Assembly: GCA_016748015.1 (NCBI GenBank)
Contig: JAAOMT010000523.1
Coordinates: 1,552,358-1,616,357 of the forward strand
Direction: 5' to 3'
Source of the DNA: Geosiphon pyriformis uo1
Lineage: Eukaryota; Fungi; Glomeromycota
Length of the DNA: 64,000 bases
Below the pieces are notes generated by a model. That model was given only the letters and a program-made list of their open reading frames with translations, made no database searches and was not told where the DNA came from. Position 1 is the stretch's first letter; every line of letters begins with the position of its first letter. Shown one piece after another: positions 53,201 through 64,000 of the stretch. The translations under genes were made by a program, and so were the position numbers.

Positions 53201-55118
53201 GTAGAGATAAAAATGTACTATTGCGTCATGGACTTGGTTATCAATTTTTTTAATTATTTTGTCATTACTTTTTTTTCGGCTAATTATTTTTTTAATTACA
53301 TCATTATTTTACTCCTTTATTGAATTTTTTTATTTAATAATTACTATAAATTTTTGTACTTACATTATAAATCACAATATATTTAATATTATTTTTACAT
53401 TATATTATAATTTTTCATTTATCTTTATTTTTAAATAAAACTTTCACATTATAATAATATTTATAACTGTTATTTTTCAAATTTGTTGTTATTAAGTTCT
53501 AAAATTATATTTATACATAAACTTGAACTATAAAAAAAAAGATATATTTTAAATAGAAATATTAATTTTTTTTAATAAATATTTAATTATACAAACTTAT
53601 TATTTATAAACATAAATTCTATATAACATGATAGCCATTAACAAAATATTATATATCACAATATTTTTTTTTCACATTTAAAAAAGTATGAAACCATAAT
53701 TGCTTAATAATAATACTTTATAAGAATAGTTTTCTATAAAGGTTTTAATTATGCAATTATTAAAATAATAAAGAATATTGATTTTTATTATTATTTAAGA
53801 TTATGCAAATATAAATATAGTTTAAAATAAGCTAATGAATAAATTGGTTTAATATTACACATTGTAAATATTTCTTTTTAAAATTTGGATTCAATTTAAA
53901 ATGAGCCATATTTTCATATATTTATTCTAAAATAAAACAGAAAGATTAAACCTAATTTCAGTTTAAAAAAAATCAAGAATGCGGTATTTTTGTATGTTTT
54001 AATAAAAAAATATTATCATAATAATTTGAAAAATTTATAATTAATTATTAAAAACAAAATATATTAAGACATTAATACTGTTATGGATTCGAATAACACA
54101 CTAATAGATAGCAAAAGAAAACAAAATATGATATAATGAAAAAACAATTAAAGAAAAATTCAACTTAATAACCAAATCAAATTTGTAAAAATTTAATTTA
54201 TGAGATCAGTTTTATAAATATCTTAGTTGTTATTCTTTTAAAAAAATAACAAGAAAATTTAAAAGTTGAGGAATAATCTATATTATTAATAAAAAATAAC
54301 ACAACTGTTATCATTATATGCTTTATATTAACACACTTATAATTTAATATGTTTTTATAACAGCTAACAATATATAAATTAAGAAAGAAAAAGAAAAAAA
54401 TAAGAATTATGATGATAAGTAGATTTAAAAATGTAGAAATATGCATTTGATTAATAAATTTTTTTAATGGTTTTAAGCATATTATATCATAACTTCAATA
54501 ATAAATGTAATGTTAATTAATAAAGTAAAATAAAACTTGCAAACAAAAAATCTAATTTTAAAATATTTAACACCAATTCTTATAATATTAATATTAAAAT
54601 AATCATTGCTTAAAAGACTTAAAATTTAAATTACAGGTTTTAGACATACTAAATAGTCTATTGTCTAATTTTGTGTATGATCTTATTTTGGATCATAATA
54701 ATTTTTATTACAGCTGATACTTGGGTAATTATCCATCTTCGGTTAACAAGAGCTATTATTGTTCTTTTTCAAAGCTAAATCAAATGGTATAAGTATATTG
54801 TGTTTGCTAGAGAAAAAAGTCAGTAACTAGGAAAAGTCGAGGAGAGATAAGGAACCAAGAGAAAAGTCTTTAATAATAATTAAGCAAAAAGCATTCTTAA
54901 ACAAGACGGAAATAAGCGAAGATTTTATCAACTTTCCGCAGAAAAGTTAAAGACACCTTTTTCTTACAGGTTTGTTTCTTATGAAATAAAGTAAGTTTGC
55001 TATATTATTCTTGTGCTCGTTGTGTTTTAAATTTGTTTTAATCCCACCAGTTTTCTTATTTGGTTATAGTCAAAGCCCTCTAGCAATCTTTTTATCCTAG
55101 CAAATTTTAACGATAACG

Positions 55119-55604
55119 ATGGGCTTTTGGGGTGGAGTTTGGGAAGTAGTGAAGTTCGGTGGCAGAGTAGTAGTAGTAGGAACAGCAGGGGCAGTAATCG
55201 TTTCCACTGGGGGATTGGCTGCTCCTATAATCGGTGTTGGCGTTTATGCGGGCGGCAAAGCAGTTAAAAAAGTAGGAGAAAAATGTGATTGTAAATTTAT
55301 TGAAGAGGTTGGGGATTTCGTTGAAGACGTGGGTCTCGATGGTCTAACTGGTGGAATATTCAATCTTGGAACCCAAACAGCAGGCAAACTAGCAGCACGG
55401 GAAATTGCTCGTCATGGTCGTAGAATGACTAACGGTGCCAAACTTTTAATCAAGATTGGTCAAACAATAAAGATAGGAAGCAAGGTGTATAAAGTTTGTA
55501 ACAATAATTTAGAAGAGATTGAATTCATCACAAAGGCGAGGGAAGAAGCTATGACAGTGATTGTCCCATCTGCCAAAAAATTATCTAAAAAATTTTTATG
55601 GTAA
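55119..55604 (+). pseudogene. Paralog of 35287-35766 with a 3' frameshift
   Basis: High identity to copy A. A net 22-nt deletion at ~55524 shifts the frame and removes the HGHH..CPIC motif. Confidence 0.7.
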
Positions 55605-55798
55605 GACTTTATTTCATGCTTAAAAGATACAGAAATTATTCGGCCCTTTTCTCTCTCCTTTTAAATGCTTTTTTTTTAATTTTTTCTATTTCTCTACTTG
55701 GAATAGATGTTTATATTATCCAATTTGTTTTTTTATCTAGAATTATTACAGTATTAGAAAATTATTACTGCAGAATTCAAATAAAGTGTTTTTTCTAA
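55598..55798 (+). CDS. Small hydrophobic membrane protein directly downstream of the Gly-rich ORF (putative)
   Basis: 66-aa hydrophobic ORF. The homologous ATG in copy A (35776) lies 9 nt after the upstream stop, but that copy is truncated. Confidence 0.35.
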   Translation: MVRLYFMLKRYRNYSALFSLLLNAFFLIFSISLLGIDVYIIQFVFLSRIITVLENYYCRIQIKCFF

Positions 55799-56287
55799 AA
55801 ACTTATGAAAGAAAAAGCTATTTCCTTGCTTTGTTCTCGTCTCTTTTATTTCTTTCAAACTCCATAAAAAACAATAATTAAAACAATAATTACTCCTGCC
55901 AATAAAACGAAATCGAATAAAATTTGTGAAACAGCTGCCACAAATAAGGAAATGGTAGGTTTGATTATTTTCTCACTTAAACTTTTTGAAAATTAGTTCA
56001 TATATATTTCATACGACAAAATAGAAATCAAACAATAAACGTTATTATTGTTCCAAACGGTTTAGATTTTTTAAATCAGGTTAAGCAGTTAACAGAATTA
56101 CCCAAATGCTGGAGGTAACAAGAAAGCAAGTATTGGTAGGAATTGCAAACTTCGCAGTCATATTGATATTTTGTCCCCTTGTCTAGATGATATCGATGGT
56201 TAACTAACTCAGCGGTTAGGACACTACGTTTTTCTAGATACAAAAAATAATCGTATTATTGCTAGTGTGAACAGATAAAAAAATCTG

Positions 56288-56626
56288 ATGACAATAATTC
56301 ATAAAAGCACCCCCCAATATCAGAACATTTGAAAAGCTAAAGATTTAAAGGAATTGAGCCAGTAATCGTTTAGAGAATTAAAAGGAACAGAAAGAACTTA
56401 AAATATTAGAATTAACAAGACGCCAATTTATCCTGGGGAAATCTTAGCCGAAAGCAAGATATCACTCCTGATATATCTTATCGTCTTGGATTATTTTTTG
56501 ATTAATGGGAGGCAGAAGCGTTATGAATTGGATTGCTGAAAAGATAAGAAAGAAAAAACAATAAGAAATCAAGTATTGCCATTTCAGCAAATTAAGGCTT
56601 CTTTACGAACTAGAGAAGGAGTTTAG
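56288..56626 (+). pseudogene. higBA: Decayed bacterial higB-higA module (copy B)
   Basis: Same sequence as 36026-36364. Confidence 0.75.
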
Positions 56627-57073
56627 AAAAACCAACCTAAAATAAGTAATCAAACAAAGAAACTTCCCACTCGCAAAAACTCTGTTTTTTGCTGGTCTAA
56701 AAACGAATAAAATATATTATTATAAAATATATATATCTGATAATTTATAGATAAAAGGCAAAAAGAAAAGAAAAGAGCATAAAAAAGGGTAGGAAAAACT
56801 AGGGGTGAATTTTTATTTATAATTAGTAAATTATGTGCTTCCCATTTTCACTTATAAAAAGTCGTCACTAGAAATGGTCCTCATTTAAATTAAAATTTCT
56901 CCCAAGAACCTTCTAAAATTACGGGTTCATTACTCTGCTAAATCTTTGTGAGTCTAATTAACTTTCAAAGACATGATCGGTATGTTATTTAATGTATTGA
57001 TTTGTAACGATTTAAAGCCAGAATCTATTATTTCTATTATTGATGAAAATACTTTGGATTGAAAAACAAATAT

Positions 57074-59003
57074 TCAAACTTTCAATGTCGAAAGCACATC
57101 GACCCCCTGCCTTGGCTCAAAAATCAATTTATAATCTAAAGGTTTACAATCAAAATCATGTCCGCATAATGTATCGATATCAAGGTCGATGGGCTTTCCA
57201 GTTATGGGATCTTTTTCTAATCGGAGGGTGAACATTGACATAGTGTAACTAACAAAAGTAAATAAGTTATGATAGGCTAGGTTCATTCCAGGACAGGATC
57301 GACGACCACGTCCAAAAATCTAAAATTTAATATTAAAGTTTTAAAAATGATATCAAATAATATTTAGTTAAAAGAATATAAAAACCTACCCAAAAATCAC
57401 GATGCTCATCTAAACTTTTCAGGTGCCCCTTCTCATCTAAAAACCTTTCCGGACAGAAAACTTCAGGATTCTCATATAACAATGGATTCATATTGATGGA
57501 AAAGATGTTAACAGTGATGATAGATTTCGCCGGGATGTGGTATCCACGATAGATATCCTCTTCAATACTACCATGAGGTAGGAGTAGTCCCAAAGGCCTA
57601 TAATAATTGAAACTAGAAACATAAAGTAATCTCACGAGACAATTGCGTTACAAAAAATTCTTATTACCAACCTGAAACGTAAACTTTCTTTTATTGTTGC
57701 TTGTAAATAATGTAAATCCTGTTTATGCTCCATCTTATAAAATTTTCCTTTGCCAACCACGAAGTCTAATTCATCTTGAATTTTTTTCTGTACTCTTGGA
57801 AACTTTGTCAAAAGTGCATATAGCCATATCAAACTGCTAACAGTACTTGTGATGCCACCAAGCATTATATCCGCACAAATAGTCGTGAGATCATATCTAT
57901 CAAAAATATACTTTCCATCTCGATTTTTCTCAAATTGATGTGTGGCTGGATCAGCAATAAAGTTAGGATCAACTATAACGGATTTCATAACGTTAGCAAT
58001 CAAACAGTTCTCACTATCTTCTCCATGAACAAGTAATCTTTTTTTGACTCGGTTTATAAGTTCCTCATTAATTTCTTCAGCCATGGCGCGAATATTGGTT
58101 GCTTCTGATGTGAAGAATTTTCTGAGTCCAAAACTTTGGAGCCACGGAAAAACATTCAATAGACTTCCTTTGATATTAACAAACTTGAGAATTACATCTA
58201 AACAGAGAGAATATTTCCTTATAATATCTGAATCTGAAGCTGTCCGACCAAAGACAATTGTAGCTAATATTGTTGTAAATGCAGTTCGAATGTCCGGTGC
58301 TGGATTCACAGCAATAATGCCCTGAGAGTTCAAATATTGATGCAAAAGGAATTTTTTTGTTTCTTCAGAAATTATTGGGGAATAGACCGTGTCAATAACG
58401 TTTTGCCGTAGTTCTTGAACCTCGATTGAACGCATAGTTTTCCACCAATTGTTATTCTTTAGAAAATTTATGCAAATTTTGTCGATATTAGTTACTCAAA
58501 CTTTGAAATTTAGCTAATAATTAATCATTTTGTAAATATAGCCTTACCGATGCAAATGCCACACTTTTATCATTTTTCGCAATCACCTCACTGAGAAGGC
58601 CATGCCCCTTAATTTAATATCAAAATTGAATTATTTTGAACGATAGACCTAAATTTAATTCACCATCTCTTTTGATTAATCTTACAGGCCTATCCGAATA
58701 ATTCGCTCCTCTGTTAACAAGAAGATCTTGAGCGATTTGGTGGTCACTGATCACAATCCAAGTGAGTGCTCCAATATTAACTTTAAATAATGGACCATGT
58801 TTCTTTGACATTTTCGATAAATTGGGATACATTATTGTACCAAGTTGATGCATATTACCGATGATAGGTATTGGAGTTGGGCCTGGGATTTCCAATGTTC
58901 CCTTTGGTCTTTGTTGGGAAACTTTTTTTTGAAAGATATGCCATAACCAAAGAATAGGTAATAAGAGCACAGATAATAAGAGAGTATTGACAAGAATAGC
59001 CAT
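57074..59003 (-). CDS. Cytochrome P450, 5 exons (59003-58686, 58607-58548, 58456-57672, 57597-57390, 57319-57074)
   Basis: TM anchor, WKTMR, ESLR, PERF and FGRGRRSCPG; all GT-AG and in frame. Confidence 0.93.
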
Positions 59004-59194
59004 CTTAAAGCTCATTAATATCTAGTTTTGAACGCTAAAATTTGCATTTCGAAAACCGTATTCGTGTTCTTTTATAATCAATTGAACTGATAATGTATCT
59101 TCATTGAAAGTACTCTTTTTATATTTTCATCAGAAAAAGATAAAAATTAAACTAGCCGTTATCAATTAAATAATGTAATTTTCAACCTGTGATT

Positions 59195-62190
59195 ATATTT
59201 CAAAAATATAATAAGTTGCAGCTTGACTATTGTTTGCTCAAATTGTATTATTGACAAATGTGCCAATAGCAAAAAAAATATTAGACTGACTTAACTCTTA
59301 ACACAATCTATCTTAATTACAAACTTAGAATTAATTCTATATTCATATATTTTCTTTTGCTTTTTGACTTTATACAAAAAAGAGTTATAAAAAATGCACT
59401 AGAAAAGAGAAAAAACACTTTATTTTGATCCAATCTATTATGTACAAGATATCTATTTGTCAAACCAAAATCAGTTATAATTTAATTAACTCAATTATTG
59501 TAAATGCCACCAAAAAACCTAATAAATCTGTTACATATTTTAATCCAAATTAAATTATTTATTAAGTATGTTCAGTCTACTAAATCATATGTTTTGCATA
59601 TATTCTATAAAACCAACCAAAGCTTGTGGTTTTTTTCTAGAGCATTTTTTACTACTAAACCAATTTCAAAGATCAAAAATTACATAGTTGTTTTTTTTAA
59701 AACTGAGAAATTGTCTCTATAAAAAACATTATATTTATTGTAAACCAAAGAAATTCTGTTAGATAAAATCTTAAAAAAAAATCTTCTAAACTGTTTTAAT
59801 TAATATAATAGGTCTTGTATTAGTTAAAACTTTTTTTTACTTATATAATTTAGGAATTATTAACATTTAAGATTTTTTCAAGACTAAGAAACTGATTTAT
59901 TTATCAAACATATTAAGAAAGTTTAATAAAAAACTTAAAAATAAAAAATCACAGTTTATTCAATATCTCAAAAAAACCAAAAGCTTTTTTATTTGGCAAA
60001 TTCTTCAAAAAAAGCATTGTTAGCCATATAAGCTAGAACAAATACTGTTGAAACCAAACAATCAAAACATTTTTTAAAATTTTATGTCTTTTTATCTATC
60101 TATCTATAATTAAATCTATTCTGAACTTAACTTTCTTGAACTTTAGCACCAAATTTTTATTATTTACTAAGTAATTTAAAACCATTTTACAGAAAAAATA
60201 TTCTAAAACATTCTTAATAATATGGTTTTTATTGATTTCAAAACTTTTTATTTTTTTATTAATAGTAGTATAAATTTTTACAACTTTAGTCTATTGAAAC
60301 TCAGCAAACTTAAATACATAATGTATTTTTTTAATCTTAATTAATTCAGACTTAATAGCATTAAAGTTAATATCTAATGTCAAAAAATTTAAAACATGAT
60401 ATACATATAAATTGTTAAGTAATAACTATCAGGTAATTAAAATATCTAATTTACAACTAAAATTTATATGTAAAATTTGAATAATCTTAAATACCAAAAC
60501 CTTCAACTTATAAAAATGAAACAAAATTTTGATAAAAACATTATTAAAATTCTTGTTTCAAAATTTAAAGAAAATTTTATTGGCTAAAAAACAAACAATT
60601 TTTTTAATAATATTCTATATAAAATCTAAATCAAAAATTTTTTTTAACCAACTAAAATTTTTATTATACAGCAATATTTGTTAATATAACATCTTTAAAT
60701 TGAGTTTATTTAATTGTATTAGCTTTTTTGAAGTTGTATTTCTATGGTTTTTTTAGTTTGCTTGTAAAAAATACTTAAATATTTATCTAAAATTCAAATA
60801 TTTCTTAAAACTAATATTGTCTTTAATATTATTCTTATTAAAATTACCAACCAAAATAACAAAAATACTTTTATTAAACACCTTAATTATAAATAAGTTA
60901 ATAATAGATGTCTTGTTTAAATGTTTTTTAAAAAACACATTTTTATATAGTTCTAATACCAAAATTAACTGCCTATTTTTAAACAACAAATAAATTACTA
61001 AAAGCCTATCAAGAATTTTTGTAATCTTTAAAACATGTTAAATCAAATAATTATTCATAATAATTATAATATTATTACTCATAAAACCAGTATTCAAACT
61101 AGAAATAAAAATTTTAATCTTATCAAAATTATTACAATTCAAAATTTAACACTAGAATATAGTTTTGTTTCTGTAATAATTAAGATATTATTTTATAATT
61201 TTCTATGCTAACTAATAATATTATTCTGCTTAGCAAAAATATTTATATCCTTAATAATATATATAGCAATTTTTTAAACAAGACTAATTATCAAAATTAT
61301 AAAAAAGAAAATACACTTAAAGTTAGAGTTAAATTATCAAATTTTGTTAATAAATTATTTAACTAAATTTTTAACTTTGTTATATATAATAGCACTAAAA
61401 GATTCAGTTTTATTATAGTTATACTACTAGTATACACACTCAAATTTTTTTTTATTACTACGTTACTTATATAATTTTATAATAAGAAGATTATTAACAG
61501 TTAACATTCAAAACTAGACTGAAAAACTATTGGCACAAATGTGTTTAACTTAATAAAACTGTATTCAACTTTGATAAATTACATTTCTATATTATTAATA
61601 ACTATTAGAAAAGTTTTAACTTTACTTGAAGAATTAAACTGAGAGAAAACATTAGAAAACACTTGAAAAAAATGTCTATCAACAACAAATGCCCAAAATT
61701 TGTTTTCAAAAACTATTAAATAAACAATAAAAACAAACTTCTTTGCATAAATTCGGGCCAATCTAAACTAGTTTAGAACCAAAAAAGAAGTCTTTCGTCT
61801 CTTAAACACCAATTTATTATTAACTAAACTGCAATTAAAAGAGATATGATCATATTTTTTATAAACTAAGCAAACAGCCAAAAACAAATAAAAATAACAA
61901 AAAATAACAGCTTTTATAATAAGAGCCATAGCTATAGTTTTAACCAAACTAACTTTTAAGTCAAAACACAAAGTAGTGCACCTAATACAAGAATAGGTAA
62001 TAAAGTTTGTGATCAATTACACAGATTTTTTTATTAATAAAACCAATAAAATTTCAAAGATTATAAGTATTTGTTCTTATAAAAAGTGTATAAAGCAAAC
62101 CCTAAATTTATCCTTAGTATCTTATAATTGTTTATCAATATTAGCCTTTACTACACAGATTGCATCTTTTTTGATAAAGATAAACCATTG
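59195..62190 (-). mobile_element. Heavily mutated non-LTR (LINE-like) retrotransposon: ORF1 zinc knuckle, APE endonuclease and reverse transcriptase, truncated at both ends
   Basis: Minus strand in order: CLVYKKYDHISFNC (CCHC relic), FVILVGNFN (GDFN), NTRPIILIKT..KIFFKIL, *NICKTYDLV (DxxKAYDSV), RLDQNKVF (GxxQG) and FVNN at 59258-59247 (FVDD). Confidence 0.85.
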
Positions 62191-62363
62191 AAAAACTAAA
62201 CGTTTATTCGAAATTTACCTTCATATAAGAACATATTACGTGCTAGATGTAAATTGGTAATTGGGATCTTGTCTGTTTTCACATACAGCCACTTAGCCCC
62301 TAAAACCAAATCTAATATTATCATTATAGGCACATTTTCTAACAGACTTGCTAAATTATCACA

Positions 62364-64000
62364 ATGTCGGAACCTTTATTCAAAACACAAAAATGAGCAG
62401 CAGTTAATGATGCTCTTTGTAAAGAAATTTGTCAATATTCCAAAAATTACTATGGCACGAAACATGATGATATTGTAGCTTACTTCAATCATAAATATCC
62501 AGAACTTCATATTTCACGTCCAACTGTCTCCAAGATAATCAAAGAGCATGCAAAGTGGTTGAATATTGAAATTGATGAAATCTCAGAAAGATCTATTCAA
62601 CACAAAAGCATTAAATTTTCATTATTAGACCAAGCTTTAAGTTATTGAGTAGAACAAGTAATGGCAGCCACTATCAAATTCAATGATCAACTAATTAAAG
62701 AGAAAGGAAAAAAATTTGCCAAACTTCTTGGTATACATGAAAATGAAATGCAATTCTCAAATGGATGGATTCAAAAATTCAAAAAACGAAACCAGTTACG
62801 TGTTTACCGATTTCATGGTGAAGCAGGAAGTGTATCAACTAAAAGTTTACCAGAAGAATGAAGAAAATTAAAAACCATTATATCCGAATTTGATCCTGCT
62901 GACATATATAATGCTGATGAAACAGGATTATTTTTTCGTATGGGACCAAATCAAACACTTACAAAATGTTAAAATGCAGGAAAAAAATTGATATATTATA
63001 CTTACCAATTGTTATCGTTATATATTATTGTTATATTAAATTAATTAGGTTTTTTATAGGATAAATCTTGGATTACAATTCTTCTTGCTACAAATTCAAC
63101 TGGATCTCACAAATTGCAACCTTTAGTAATTGGACATGCAAAAAATCCAAGATGCTTTAAAGGGATTAATAATTCCAACCTACCTGTGATTTACAAATTC
63201 AATTCCAAAGCATGGATGCACTCAGATATATGGAAAGCATGGCTCAAATATATAAATAAAGGCTTTCGAATTCAAAATCAGCATATATTACTTTTGGTTG
63301 ATAATGCAACTTCTTATCATACTCAAATTGGGAAAGATTCATTCCAATTAACCAATATTACTTTGCACTATTTTCCTTCAAATACTACATCACATCTTCA
63401 ACCAATGAATGCTGGCATTATCAAATCTTTCAAAGGCAAATATAAGCACTTATATTGTCAACATATTTTACATCAATTTGAACAAAAAATTAATATTGAA
63501 CAGTTAAGTAATATAATATATACAGGATTATTATTATTATATATTATATAATTTTATCTAATATTAATTTATTTTTTAGAAATAAATTAAACATAAAACA
63601 AGCAATTGATTATGTTGTTCAATCATGGTTTCAAGTAATATTTGTTACAATTCAAAACAGTTGACAAAAAACAGATATTCTTTTCTATAGTAAAGAATTA
63701 GAAATTCAAGAATCCGAAACATCAATTGCTATGGATATATTCAACAATTTACCATCAAATGCACAACAATTGGTCAAAAATCTCGAAGATTATACTGTAG
63801 CAGTTGATGAATTATTGGCAACTGAAAATATTCTTGATGATAATGAAATTGTAGATATAGTTTTAGCCGATGCTCAAATTGAAACCAATACAATTAATGA
63901 CTCAGAAGAAGAATTAGAAAAATCTCCACCTGCTATAATTACAATTACAGAAGCATATGAAGCATTAAAAAAGGTAATTAGATTTGAAGAGCAATTAGCA
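62364..64000 (+). mobile_element. pogo/Tigger (CENP-B HTH + DDE_1) transposase pseudogene with two introns; runs off the window end
   Basis: FSNGWIQKFKKR, HGEAGS, IYNADETGLFF, KAWM, LLLVDNATSY and TSHLQPMNAGII; several in-frame stops. Confidence 0.9.

Noticed and set aside
53250-54650. Extremely AT-rich tracts with hydrophobic ORFs (also 1-750, 31230-31905, 49250-49800)
   Set aside because: The ORFs are compositional artefacts. The tracts are probably end-stage TE relics, but I could not recover a diagnostic motif.
1-64000. rRNA or tRNA genes
   Set aside because: None recognised by eye; a tRNAscan-SE or Infernal run would be needed to exclude them.

Overview
AT-rich, intron-containing eukaryotic (fungal) DNA. 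Gene content and transposon families fit Glomeromycotina; a Geosiphon-like genome is my best guess (inference, not provable here). It holds a paralogous family of 5-exon microsomal cytochrome P450s (three complete, one crossing an assembly gap, one pseudogene) interleaved with four spliced class-3 lipase-fold genes, all lacking the catalytic serine. It also carries a 9-exon 7-TM protein, an F-box/ankyrin protein, a dual-specificity phosphatase, a secreted 3D-domain (MltA-like) protein, PHO84-type and Sel1-repeat pseudogenes, and Tc1, LINE and pogo/Tigger relics. The strongest hidden signal is a duplicated bacterial-looking tract next to a P450. It contains a decayed higBA toxin-antitoxin module with TGA at two expected Trp positions (Mollicutes genetic code 4), which suggests DNA transfer from a Mycoplasma-related endobacterium. 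Exon models were built by hand from splice sites and frame continuity; no database searches were run.
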